IMG/VR virus record: IMGVR_UViG_3300047561_000339
Span: 1-33,647 of that record
Strand: one strand, 5' to 3'
DNA length: 33,647 bases
Source: a virus
Taxonomy: Duplodnaviria > Caudoviricetes
The notes beneath the pieces were generated by a model. That model searched no databases. It was not told where the DNA came from and saw only the letters and a program-made list of their open reading frames with translations. This document shows positions 17,026 through 26,676 of the stretch, piece after piece; position 1 is the stretch's first letter; each line of letters begins with the position of its first letter. A program made the translations under genes and the position numbers.

Positions 17026-19904
17026 TGGCCTCACTAGATCAGCGCCTTAATTCAATACTCCCGCCAGAGCCATCAGCTGCACCAGCTGAGCAGCCTCTTG
17101 AGCCAATGCCTGCAGAAATGCAGAATCCAGTATCTGACGTAACCGATCCAGCCGAAGCAGGTACTCCAAGCATGGAAGGCATGCAGATTGCTGGGTTGCG
17201 AGATATTGTTAAAGGCGGTGCCAAAGTACTGCGCGATGCAGTTACTGATGTAAAACCAAACCCAACTCGCAATCTTGTTCCTGGTGTTAAACCAAATGAA
17301 TTGCCGCAGCCTGGCAAGGTAGGAACAAAGACTCTGATTCCAGAAGCGGATCAGCAGCTCACAGATACCGTCACCAATGCCATCAAACAGCGCAAGACAG
17401 GCGGCGCTGAGATGCGCTCTGGTAAGCCATCGCCCTCTGCTGAAGAACGCGCTATGGGCGTACCAGAGGAAGCATTTAATCTTTCACGTTATCAAAACGA
17501 AGATGCTGCCGCTGTTGTTGGCGGCGTTGCTGATGCTCTTGGTATTACTACTAAGCGTGTGACATTTGATGAGATAAAAGCAAAGGCAGCAGAAAGCGGT
17601 ATCAGCGAAATGTTTTTAAACAGGCTGATAACTCAAGACGGCAAGATGATGCCAAATGCCGTCGAAACCTACAAAGCACTTGAGGTACTTGAGACTTCAG
17701 CAAATGAGCTTGATCGCCTATTTAAGAAGGTTGATTCTGGCACTGCTACTGATGTCGATAAACTTACACTAAGACAGCAGATTGCATTTCATGGTTTGGT
17801 GCAAAAAGGTGTCAAAGGTATTCAGACAGAAACTGCTAGAGCGCTGGCTGTATTTAGGATTCCACGCGAAGGTAACGCTGCAGCAGTACGCCAAGTAATA
17901 GAAGAGTTTGGTGGAGATAAAGCGCTATCAGACATGGCACGCTCTTACCTATCTCTTGAAACTAGATCAGCTAAAAACTCAATGGTTGAGCAGTCTATGT
18001 TTTCAGGGGTAAAGGACATATGGTTTACTACTTGGATTAATGGACTGTTGGCTAATCCTGTATCTCATGCAAAGAATATTATTTCTAATGCATCTTTTGG
18101 ACTGTATCAAATACCAGAAAGATTAGTAGCTTCAATGTATTCAAATACATTGCCTGAAGGAGTTAGAAGCTGGAGAGCATTGGTGCCAGGCAGCGCTAAT
18201 GAAAAGATAGCTTTTGATGAAGCATTAACAATGGTGCAATCATTGCGCAATGGATTGGTAGAGGGCTTTGACTTAGCTTCAACTGCATTCAAAAAGAATC
18301 AGCCGCAAATGGATTTGTCTAGCAAAATTGAATTACAGCGTAACCCTGGTGAGTCAATGGGCGAAAGCCTGCAACGCATGTCAGGCGCTGACAAAGACAG
18401 CATGTTTGGCAAAGCGCTTGATTTCTATGGCACAGCCGTAACGTTGCCTGGTCGTGCGCTTATGGCAGAAGATGAGTTCTTTAAGGGCGTGATGTATCGG
18501 ATGGAGCTAAACACTCAGGTGACTAGACGATCTAAGACTGTTTACCGCGATGCTGTAGATGCAGGTATGACAGAAGCTGATGCGTTGAAGAAAGCTGAAG
18601 CAGAGGCCATTGGTCTAATGTCTAATCCTCCAAAAGACTTAGACGAAGCAGCAATGGAGTTTGCTCGTAGAGGAACATTTACTGCTGAATTGCCAGATGG
18701 ATTGCAAAAGCTTCAGAAGGTATTCAACCATCCGGCTCTCAAAGTCGTTGTCCCATTCTTTAAGACCCCAGCCAATATTGGGTTAAACGTTATTGAGCGA
18801 ACTCCATTTGCTCCCCTCTCCTCACGTTGGAATCAAGAGATAGCAGCTGGTGGTATCTACCGCGACATGGCGCTTGCCAAGGTAACGCTAGGCTCATCTG
18901 TGCTGGCAACCTTTGCCTTAATGGCTTCAGAAGGATTGATGACAGGTCGTGGCCCAGAGCGCAAGGCAGATAGAGAAGCTCTGATGCGTGATGGCTGGCA
19001 ACCTTACAGCATGAAGATTGGCGATACTTATTTAAGCTTTCAAGGTATGGAGCCAATCTCAGCATTGATGGCTATTGCTTCAGATTATGCTGAATACGCA
19101 CGCCATGAGCCAGATGCCAGCAAAGTAGAGGAAGTATTTTTAGGTGGTGTTTATGGCCTCTATGAGTACCTTAAAGAGCAGCCATACCTCCAAGGTATTG
19201 CAGACGTAGCAAAGCTCATTGGCACTAACCAACAAGGCCAGGTAGACGGTAAGAAAATTGTCGATGGCTTAGCTAAACAGTTTGGTGGGTTTGCCATTGG
19301 TGGCAGTCCATTGCCTGGCACCAGTTCATTGGTCGCAGGTATCGAAAGAATCTTAGACCCAACAGCCAGAGACAGTCGCGCTAGTCCAGATTTACCAATG
19401 GGCATTAAAGGTTTTGCTGAAGCATTTAACAAGTATCGCAGCCGCCTGCCCTACTTCAACCAAGACCTACCTGAAACTTTGAACCTATGGGGTGACCCTG
19501 TTCAGCAAGGTCGGGGTATGTGGTACGAAATAGTGCTGCCAACCAAGGTAAGTCCACAACAGTTTAGCGAGGTTGACGATGCCCTAGTTCGTCTAGGTTC
19601 ACCTGTTGGTATGCCAGATAGAAAGATCGACGGCGTAGAACTTACGGCAGAACAATATAACCGCTTGCTTACAATTTACGGCAAAGAGACACCAGCCAAA
19701 GATCAGATTTTACAAGTGATGCAATCCCCTGGCTTTGATAGTGCAAGCTTGGACACTCAGCAAAAGTTTGTCCAAACAGTGCATTCAAAATTCATGGACT
19801 TTGCTAAGTCAAAATTGAAATCGGAAGACCCAACTTTAGGCATGAAGATTGATGACCTAAAAGAACTGCGGAAAGCAAACGGACTGTATTACAAACCCGA
19901 TTGA
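17025..19904 (+). CDS. Large internal virion/ejection protein (gp16-like position)
   Basis: 959 aa, last gene before the tail fibre. L.AEDEFFK, VPFFKTPANI and GWQPYS motifs are typical of such proteins. Confidence 0.75.
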   Translation: MASLDQRLNSILPPEPSAAPAEQPLEPMPAEMQNPVSDVTDPAEAGTPSMEGMQIAGLRDIVKGGAKVLRDAVTDVKPNPTRNLVPGVKPNELPQPGKVGTKTLIPEADQQLTDTVTNAIKQRKTGGAEMRSGKPSPSAEERAMGVPEEAFNLSRYQNEDAAAVVGGVADALGITTKRVTFDEIKAKAAESGISEMFLNRLITQDGKMMPNAVETYKALEVLETSANELDRLFKKVDSGTATDVDKLTLRQQIAFHGLVQKGVKGIQTETARALAVFRIPREGNAAAVRQVIEEFGGDKALSDMARSYLSLETRSAKNSMVEQSMFSGVKDIWFTTWINGLLANPVSHAKNIISNASFGLYQIPERLVASMYSNTLPEGVRSWRALVPGSANEKIAFDEALTMVQSLRNGLVEGFDLASTAFKKNQPQMDLSSKIELQRNPGESMGESLQRMSGADKDSMFGKALDFYGTAVTLPGRALMAEDEFFKGVMYRMELNTQVTRRSKTVYRDAVDAGMTEADALKKAEAEAIGLMSNPPKDLDEAAMEFARRGTFTAELPDGLQKLQKVFNHPALKVVVPFFKTPANIGLNVIERTPFAPLSSRWNQEIAAGGIYRDMALAKVTLGSSVLATFALMASEGLMTGRGPERKADREALMRDGWQPYSMKIGDTYLSFQGMEPISALMAIASDYAEYARHEPDASKVEEVFLGGVYGLYEYLKEQPYLQGIADVAKLIGTNQQGQVDGKKIVDGLAKQFGGFAIGGSPLPGTSSLVAGIERILDPTARDSRASPDLPMGIKGFAEAFNKYRSRLPYFNQDLPETLNLWGDPVQQGRGMWYEIVLPTKVSPQQFSEVDDALVRLGSPVGMPDRKIDGVELTAEQYNRLLTIYGKETPAKDQILQVMQSPGFDSASLDTQQKFVQTVHSKFMDFAKSKLKSEDPTLGMKIDDLKELRKANGLYYKPD

Positions 19905-19938
19905 AATTTGTACAATATTCAAATGGAGTGAATGAATT

Positions 19939-21399
19939 ATGGGCGTACCAATTAACAATGTGACAAGAAGGGTGGTCTTTGCCGCAAGCGGTACAGGCCC
20001 CTACTCGTTCACGTTTGAAATCTTGGCCGCAGCTGACATTGCTGTTTATCGTGACGATACGTTGTTGACGATCACTACCAACTATACGGTCACGATCAAT
20101 AGCAATGGCACCGGATACGTAACGCTGACAGCTGCCCCAACAGGCGCAGCGCAAATTGCCATCGTTGGCAATAGAACGATTAGCCGCACCACTGACTTTG
20201 TAACTGGTGGCGACTTCTTTGCAAATACTCTGAATGATGAATTAGATCAACAGACAATCTTTGCACAGCAGAATCAAGAAGGTTTGCAGCGTGCGCTACA
20301 GGCACCACAGACTGACCCTACCAGTATTAACATGACGTTGCCAGGCAAAACAGCACGCGCTGGCAAGTACCTAGCTTTTGATTCCAATGGCAATCCAACG
20401 CCAGGGCCAACGAGTACAGCGGTAGATATTGTTGCAAACATTGCTGCTGATGTTACAACGGTGGCTGGCATTGCGACTAAGGTCACAACAGTTGCGTCTC
20501 AGTCTGCACAGATAAGCACCCTCTCTGCCATCAGTGGAAACATCACTACGGTAGCTGGCATATCAAGCAGCGTGGCTACAGTGGCCACATTGAACTCTGC
20601 ACAGCTAACAGCTATCGCTGGTGCTACAGCCAACATGGCTACCCTGGCACCGATTGCTACATCGATTAGCAATCTTAGTTCTGTCAGCGCACAGGTAACT
20701 CAGGTAGCAGCTTTATCTTCTGCAAATCTGAATACAGTTGCAGGCCAAACAGCCAACATTTCTAGGCTTGCTGGTATCAGTGGGAACATTACAACGGTTG
20801 CAACACAGTCAACGCAGATAGGTATTCTTGCAGGACAGTCTGCACAAATTGGTTTGCTTGCTCTGCAAACGTCTGACCTTGCAGCGCTTGCCCCAATTTC
20901 TGCAAACATAACAACAGCTGCTGCAAACATTGCCGCTATCCAAAATGCTTCATCAAATGCCACAGCTGCGGCCTCCTCCGCTAGTGCTGCATCTTCATCA
21001 GCAACAGCAGCGGCATCAAGCGCATCGTCAGCGTCGTCAAGTGCCAGCGCAGCATCAACATCTGCAACTGCTGCTGCTGCAAGTTATGACAGCTTTGATG
21101 ATCGATACCTTGGATCAAAGTCAACTGCACCGTCTGTAGATAACGATGGAGCAGCGCTGCTAACAGGTGCGCTGTATTGGAACTCTACCGCTAGCTTGCT
21201 TTATATCTGGAATGGTTCTAGTTGGGATCAAGCTGCATTCTCTGTGAGTGGTGCAGTCACCAGTTTCAATACACGAACTGGTGCTGTGACGTTAAGCAGC
21301 TCAGACGTAACAACAGCACTCACATTTACACCGGCAACCGCCGCCTCTGTTTCTGCCATCCCCGATCCGGTTGCGATGGCCTTAGTTTTCGGGAGTTAA
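19939..21399 (+). CDS. Tail fibre protein (T7 gp17-like N-terminal anchor)
   Basis: YSFTFEI...DIAVY...R.T...TDF..G...LN.ELD anchor, ITTVAG-type repeats and an Ala/Ser-rich stalk. Confidence 0.85.
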   Translation: MGVPINNVTRRVVFAASGTGPYSFTFEILAAADIAVYRDDTLLTITTNYTVTINSNGTGYVTLTAAPTGAAQIAIVGNRTISRTTDFVTGGDFFANTLNDELDQQTIFAQQNQEGLQRALQAPQTDPTSINMTLPGKTARAGKYLAFDSNGNPTPGPTSTAVDIVANIAADVTTVAGIATKVTTVASQSAQISTLSAISGNITTVAGISSSVATVATLNSAQLTAIAGATANMATLAPIATSISNLSSVSAQVTQVAALSSANLNTVAGQTANISRLAGISGNITTVATQSTQIGILAGQSAQIGLLALQTSDLAALAPISANITTAAANIAAIQNASSNATAAASSASAASSSATAAASSASSASSSASAASTSATAAAASYDSFDDRYLGSKSTAPSVDNDGAALLTGALYWNSTASLLYIWNGSSWDQAAFSVSGAVTSFNTRTGAVTLSSSDVTTALTFTPATAASVSAIPDPVAMALVFGS

Positions 21400-21402
21400 A
21401 AA

Positions 21403-22461
21403 ATGGCACTTAAAGGCAAGCCGATTAGTATCGGCGCAACTGACACAACGATCTATACCTGCCCGGCTACAACTGAAGCATCGGTACATGGTCTAGTGTT
21501 TGCAAACAATACGGCTGGTGCTGTAACCATTACTCTGAAAGTTTATATTCAGACCCTTGGTACAACCACTACGGTTGCCACTGGCATATCAGTAGCTGCT
21601 AACTCTACGTATACGTGGCCAAAGCCGATTGACGTTAATGCCGGTGATTACATTCAAGCTGTTGCGTCTACTGGTTCAGCAATCGTTTGTCTGTATTCAA
21701 CGTATGAAGGGACAGCCACTGCGGCAGCGGTTGGATTTACTCCGCGAGGTGCGTGGGGATCAGGTTCAACGTATGCAGTCAATGATGTAGTCAGCTACAC
21801 CAATGGCTCAAGTTACTTAGCTATTCAAGCTAGTACCAATCAAAACCCATCAACGCAAACAGCATACTGGCTAGTTCTGGCAAGCGTAGGTGCAACAGGT
21901 TCTGGTGACGTATCAGGCCCAGCATCGTCAGTTGATTCTGAGTTGGCATTGTTTAACTCGACCACAGGTAAGCTTATTAAACGTGCGTCACTGACAGGTT
22001 TAGTTAAAGCCACAAGTGGAGTCGCATCTGCTGCTACTGCTGGCACAGACTACGTTGCACCAGCTGGTGCGCTTGGCACGCCAAGTTCAGGCACGCTAAC
22101 AAACTGTACTGCTGACGGCACTAATGGCGTTGGCTATTTAAACGTACCTATCAACTCTCAATCAGCAGCTTATACCGCAGTCATTGGTGATTCAGGCAAA
22201 GCCATATTGCATCCATCAACGGATGCGAATGCTAGAACATTTACCATCCCTGCCAATGCTTCTGTTGCTTATCCATTGGGTACTGCAATTACGTTTATCA
22301 ACATGACTAGCCAAGTGGTAACCATTGCGATCACAAGCGACACGATGTATCTCGCAGGGCTTGGTACAACAGGTAGTCGCTCATTGGCTCAATACGGTAT
22401 GGCTACTGCGGTGAAGATGACATCTACGACTTGGATAATTTCAGGCAACGGAGTGACCTAA
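21403..22461 (+). CDS. Tail fibre-associated protein with carbohydrate-binding-module-like segment
   Basis: W.SGSTYAVNDVVSY.NGSSY.A...NQNP...YW resembles CBM5/12. The C-terminus ends WIISGNGVT. Confidence 0.7.
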   Translation: MALKGKPISIGATDTTIYTCPATTEASVHGLVFANNTAGAVTITLKVYIQTLGTTTTVATGISVAANSTYTWPKPIDVNAGDYIQAVASTGSAIVCLYSTYEGTATAAAVGFTPRGAWGSGSTYAVNDVVSYTNGSSYLAIQASTNQNPSTQTAYWLVLASVGATGSGDVSGPASSVDSELALFNSTTGKLIKRASLTGLVKATSGVASAATAGTDYVAPAGALGTPSSGTLTNCTADGTNGVGYLNVPINSQSAAYTAVIGDSGKAILHPSTDANARTFTIPANASVAYPLGTAITFINMTSQVVTIAITSDTMYLAGLGTTGSRSLAQYGMATAVKMTSTTWIISGNGVT

Positions 22462-22462
22462 T

Positions 22463-24562
22463 ATGAGCGGCATTCTTCAGACGTTATTTTTAGGTGCTGC
22501 TGGGGCAGTAAAGGACGCTTACTTTAACCTTGTCACATTGTTGCTAAACACAACAGCGACTAACGGCGCACAGAACAATACGTTCTTAGACTCTAGCACT
22601 AATAACTACACTATTACTCGCAATGGTAATACTACGCAGGGTACGTTTACGCCGTTTAGTCAGACAGGTTGGAGTGCATACAACTCTGGTAGTTCTTCTT
22701 ACTGCCAGTTAAATAATTCTGACTATTCTATTAGCACTGGTGATTTCACCATAGAATTTTGGATGTTTGTAACAAGCGACAAAGCAGCTACTTGTTTTTG
22801 TTCAGCAACTTCAAATCCAAATCTTACTGTTGCTATGAATAGCGGTTCAACGGGGGCTAGGCTTCCATATCTTGAGTATGCTGGCGCAACTACTTTTGCT
22901 ACAGCGTTTAGCAATTATCTAAATACATGGACTCACGTTGCTTTTGTTCGTAGTTCTGGCACTGTAACCGTTTACCAAAATGGAGTAGCAATAACTTCTG
23001 CAAGTAAATCTGGGGCTGTTGGAACCACTGCAAATTTATATTTGATGCGTAATTCTGGCGATGCAGGTCAAGATTTTCCGGGTTACATAAGCAATTTCCG
23101 CATTTGCAAAGCTGCCGTTTATACAGGCAACTTTACTCCAACAACAACTAATTTCACCACAACAAGTCAAGGCGCAACTAGCTGTCAGCTTCTTACTTTT
23201 CAAAACAATAGATTTGTAGACAACAGCACTAACGCATCAACTGTTACACCGACGCTTACACAAGTCCAAGCCTTCAGCCCATTTGCTCCTGCTGCTGCAT
23301 ACGATTCTGCTGTAGTAGGTGGTAGTGGGTATTTTGACGGTACTGGTGATTATTTAACCGTTGGTTCAGGCACAGACGTTGATCTAGGCACATCTGATTT
23401 TATGATTGAGGCGTGGTATTACTGTCTTGCAAATGGAACATATGTTTCAGGGGTAATTAGTAAACGTGTTGGCGGTGCTGCTTCTGGATGGGGTATGACA
23501 ACATCTGGTTTTGTTTGTGACATGGCTGGCACTTGGTATGACTCATGGTCAAATCCTTTTTGGGTTGGCTCTACTCAAAACAGTGGATTTAATTCAGGAA
23601 CGTCACTTCAAAAGCTGAATCAATGGACGCACATTGTAATAACAAGACAAGGTACGGATGCGCGTTGGTTTGTAAATGGGCAGCTGCTTGGGTACTTTTC
23701 TAGAACAGGTGCAATCCAACAACTAACAGGAAGTCCATTGGCTGTTGGATTAAATGGAACAACAGCCGAACAACCTTTTATTGGCTTCCTTTCAAATTGT
23801 AGGGTTGTTGTTGGCTCTGTTCCTACTGGCTATCAAACTTCTTCAACCACATTAAACACGCAGATATTTACACCGCCGACTGCGCCTGTTTCCACAACAT
23901 CACAAGGTGCTACATCAACAAATGTTAAATACATTGGAAACTTTATTAACGCTGGCATCTACGACTCTGCTGCTAAGAATGATTTAGAGACAGTAGGCGA
24001 TGCACAGGTAAGTACAACTCAGGCAAAGTGGGGTACTACTTCAATGTATTTTGATGGCACTGGTGATTATTTGCAGCTTGCTAATCCAAGTCCAAATTTA
24101 CAACTTGGTTCTGGTAATTTTACTATTGAAATGTGGGTTAATTTTTCTGTTGTTTCTGCAACAAGAGTTTTAAATAATTATGGTTATGATGCTGGCGGGA
24201 ATAAATCTTTTATTATTTATTATGATGCAAGTACACTGCACTTTGGGTATTCCCCAGATGGGACATCTAGTACAGACGTAAGTCTTGGGGCTTTTGTTCC
24301 TGTGGTGGGTACTTGGTATCACATTGCTATAGTTAGAAATAGCACCACCGTTACTGGTTATGTAAGCGGAACTGCATTAAGTTCGCCACTTACCATCGGA
24401 ACAAATTCAATTTATTTTCCAGCCAATAACGCCAATTTTAGAATTGGTACGGATGCATCTAACTATTTTAATGGTTATATTGATGATTTTCGAATTACAA
24501 AAGGCTACGCACGTTACACAGCTAACTTCACTCCACCAGCCGCAGCCTTCCCTCTCCAATAG
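22463..24562 (+). CDS. Concanavalin A-like/LamG repeat receptor-binding protein (three domains)
   Basis: Three DFTIE.W...W.H.A..R...F.G.I...RI units. YFDGTGDYL occurs twice. Confidence 0.85.
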   Translation: MSGILQTLFLGAAGAVKDAYFNLVTLLLNTTATNGAQNNTFLDSSTNNYTITRNGNTTQGTFTPFSQTGWSAYNSGSSSYCQLNNSDYSISTGDFTIEFWMFVTSDKAATCFCSATSNPNLTVAMNSGSTGARLPYLEYAGATTFATAFSNYLNTWTHVAFVRSSGTVTVYQNGVAITSASKSGAVGTTANLYLMRNSGDAGQDFPGYISNFRICKAAVYTGNFTPTTTNFTTTSQGATSCQLLTFQNNRFVDNSTNASTVTPTLTQVQAFSPFAPAAAYDSAVVGGSGYFDGTGDYLTVGSGTDVDLGTSDFMIEAWYYCLANGTYVSGVISKRVGGAASGWGMTTSGFVCDMAGTWYDSWSNPFWVGSTQNSGFNSGTSLQKLNQWTHIVITRQGTDARWFVNGQLLGYFSRTGAIQQLTGSPLAVGLNGTTAEQPFIGFLSNCRVVVGSVPTGYQTSSTTLNTQIFTPPTAPVSTTSQGATSTNVKYIGNFINAGIYDSAAKNDLETVGDAQVSTTQAKWGTTSMYFDGTGDYLQLANPSPNLQLGSGNFTIEMWVNFSVVSATRVLNNYGYDAGGNKSFIIYYDASTLHFGYSPDGTSSTDVSLGAFVPVVGTWYHIAIVRNSTTVTGYVSGTALSSPLTIGTNSIYFPANNANFRIGTDASNYFNGYIDDFRITKGYARYTANFTPPAAAFPLQ

Positions 24563-24569
24563 GTGACTT

Positions 24570-24878
24570 ATGTATTCTAAAAATGGATCGATTCCTAAGC
24601 CAGAGACAGATGGCACAGAAGGCTGGATTGAAGTGCCTGATGAGCCAGCTTGTCCTGCTGGCAAAGAGGTAGTGTGGTGGAGTCCACCGGGCTGGATTAT
24701 TCGTGACGTTAGACCTGCTGGCAATTGGTCGTGGAGTCAATCGCAAGAGCAATGGGTTGAGTACACAGTGCAAGAGATAACTCAGATTGATACGTCAACC
24801 ATTGCATCTACTGACTTAAATAGTTTAGCAAGTGCAGACTTAAATTTATTGTCATCAACTGACATTAGTTCATTGTAA
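24570..24878 (+). CDS. Putative tail fibre assembly/chaperone-like protein
   Basis: Trp/Pro-rich 102 aa directly after the receptor-binding gene. AGGTG RBS. Confidence 0.55.
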   Translation: MYSKNGSIPKPETDGTEGWIEVPDEPACPAGKEVVWWSPPGWIIRDVRPAGNWSWSQSQEQWVEYTVQEITQIDTSTIASTDLNSLASADLNLLSSTDISSL

Positions 24879-24889
24879 AGGGCAATGCT

Positions 24890-25045
24890 GTGACTGAGAT
24901 GGAATCAAAATTAAACACGCACGAAGAGGTCTGTGCGATTCGGTATGCCGGTATCAACGCACGTTTAAAAAGGCTTGAGCAAATCCTAATTGGCAGTGCT
25001 GGTGCAATCATCATGCTGCTGCTGTCGATTGTTTTAAAGGGGTAA
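24890..25045 (+). CDS. Small membrane protein (XhlA/holin-like), not in the ORF track
   Basis: Reads (M)TEMESKLNTHEEVCAIRYAGINARLKRLEQILIGSAGAIIMLLLSIVLKG, a coiled coil plus C-terminal TM. GTG start with AAGGG RBS. Confidence 0.75.
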   Translation: MTEMESKLNTHEEVCAIRYAGINARLKRLEQILIGSAGAIIMLLLSIVLKG

Positions 25046-25048
25046 GAA

Positions 25049-25732
25049 ATTGATCCGCTCACTTTACTTGCGCTTGCAAACGCTGCTGTCGCCGCCGTTA
25101 AGAAAGGTTGCCAGCTTTATAAAGACATTAAAAATGCGGCTGGGGATGTAAAGGAAGTATTAGATGATCTAAAGGTTCAGTTTCATAAGATACCTAACCC
25201 TACTCCAGCACAGAAGATTCAGTACAACGAGGAAGTAGTTAGAGTTCAGGAGATAGCAAAGGCTGACCCTGCTGACGTATTTACACAAATTGGTGAGCAG
25301 CTTGGAGTATTGCTGGATGCGCAGGATCAGTTAGGTAAAGCGTTACTTGCAGAAGAAATAGCAAACAGTACTGTGTACAAAGGACAAGAGTCACTAGGCC
25401 GTAGAGCATTACGCAAGATCATCATAGAAGCTAGGCTTGATTCAATGATGGCAGAGCTACGCGAAACAATGGTGTTCCGCGCTCCTAAAGAGCTGGGTGC
25501 ATTACTTGGCAAATATGAAAAAACAGTTGAGAAAATAAATAAGCAGCAAGAGATAGCTAGAATTGCAGAACTAAAACTTTTACAGATTGCAGCAAACAAA
25601 CGTAGACATATGATTAGAAGGTTCCAAGAAAATGTTATATGGTTTGGCGCGGTTCTGTTCGTGACGTTGTGGCTAATCAGCGTCCTGATAATGCTAAAGA
25701 TGAGCAAGACGGTATCCCTTGGGTACTTTTGA
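25049..25732 (+). CDS. 227-aa coiled-coil protein with C-terminal TM; probable AUU start
   Basis: The frame is open from ATT GAT CCG (xDPLTLLALANAAVAAVKKG) for 87 codons upstream of the TTG in the ORF track. AAGGGG lies upstream. Confidence 0.65.
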   Translation: MDPLTLLALANAAVAAVKKGCQLYKDIKNAAGDVKEVLDDLKVQFHKIPNPTPAQKIQYNEEVVRVQEIAKADPADVFTQIGEQLGVLLDAQDQLGKALLAEEIANSTVYKGQESLGRRALRKIIIEARLDSMMAELRETMVFRAPKELGALLGKYEKTVEKINKQQEIARIAELKLLQIAANKRRHMIRRFQENVIWFGAVLFVTLWLISVLIMLKMSKTVSLGYF

Positions 25733-25908
25733 TCTGTCTGCTTGCGATGGTGCTTGTCCTCGCAATTGCAATACCTCTTGTTGGCATTGTATTGATGGAC
25801 GCAAACAACGCAACCAACGCTGCGATTACTGAAATAAGAAAGATGCGTGAATTACGTGCAAAAATTTTACTTGAAAATGTACAGAAATCAACAGGAGCTA
25901 ATGAATGA
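25639..25908 (+). CDS. Single-TM membrane protein of the lysis region (start uncertain, GTG 25669 alternative)
   Basis: Long hydrophobic segment. The stop overlaps the endolysin ATG. Confidence 0.6.
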   Translation: MVWRGSVRDVVANQRPDNAKDEQDGIPWVLLICLLAMVLVLAIAIPLVGIVLMDANNATNAAITEIRKMRELRAKILLENVQKSTGANE

Positions 25909-26540
25909 TTACTGTAGGTCAATTAAAACAGTTACTACCTCAGAACAAATACATCACGTATTGGCACCATGCGCTAGAGCAACTGTTCCCAGACTACGAA
26001 ATCAATACGCCCAAACGCATGGCTGCATTCATTGCTCAGTGTGCGCATGAGTCAGGTGGATTCACAGCGCTAAAAGAAAACCTGAACTACAAGCCTGCAA
26101 CGCTACGAAAAATCTTCCCTAAATATTTTCCAACTGATGAGATGGCTGAACAGTATTGCTCCAAGCCAAATAAACAGGAAGCAATAGCGTCAAGAGTTTA
26201 TGCGGGTCGTATGGGAAATGGAGATGAGGACAGCAAAGAAGGTTACAAATTTTGCGGTCGAGGTCTTTTGCAATTAACTGGAAAAATTAATTATCAATCT
26301 TTTGCTGATTCAATTGAAGTAGATGGTAGGCCATTAAACATTGATGATGTGCCTGAGTATTTGCAAACTTTCGAAGGAGCAGCTCAGAGCGCTTGCTGGT
26401 TTTTCGAGACTAATGGGCTTAATAAATATTCAGATGCTGGTGACATTGTTGGCTTAACTAAGCGGATTAATGGAGGCGTAATTGGATTACAAGACCGCAT
26501 CAAACATTTCAATCATGCTGTTCATGTGCTTGGTGCTTAG
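25905..26540 (+). CDS. Endolysin, glycoside hydrolase family 19 (chitinase-like)
   Basis: AAFIAQCAHESGG...ENLNY, GRGLLQLTGK.NY, SACWFF and TKRINGG motifs. Confidence 0.93.
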   Translation: MITVGQLKQLLPQNKYITYWHHALEQLFPDYEINTPKRMAAFIAQCAHESGGFTALKENLNYKPATLRKIFPKYFPTDEMAEQYCSKPNKQEAIASRVYAGRMGNGDEDSKEGYKFCGRGLLQLTGKINYQSFADSIEVDGRPLNIDDVPEYLQTFEGAAQSACWFFETNGLNKYSDAGDIVGLTKRINGGVIGLQDRIKHFNHAVHVLGA

Positions 26541-26676
26541 TGCTTGCCAGGATCGTTTTCGCTATCCTTGCCAAGACCCTAAAAACTGGGAAGCGACAGA
26601 GTGCAAACCTCCCATCTGCACTGCAACTGGTACATGCCCTGAAGATGTCACGCAACCAGAAAAGGTGACTCGATGA
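26482..26676 (+). CDS. Small Cys-rich lipoprotein
   Basis: Lipobox LSAC followed by four more Cys. GGAGG RBS before TTG, and the stop overlaps the next ATG. Confidence 0.7.
   Translation: MDYKTASNISIMLFMCLVLSACQDRFRYPCQDPKNWEATECKPPICTATGTCPEDVTQPEKVTR

Noticed and set aside
20430-21090. Repetitive Ala/Ser/Thr-rich DNA as a repeat array or CRISPR
   Set aside because: These are degenerate coding repeats of the tail fibre stalk, with no identical repeat-spacer structure.
22463-24562. Diversity-generating retroelement, as in BPP-1, suggested by repeats near 23330 and 24047
   Set aside because: No reverse transcriptase gene is present. The repeats are short, in-frame domain duplications differing at synonymous sites, not adenine-specific TR/VR pairs.
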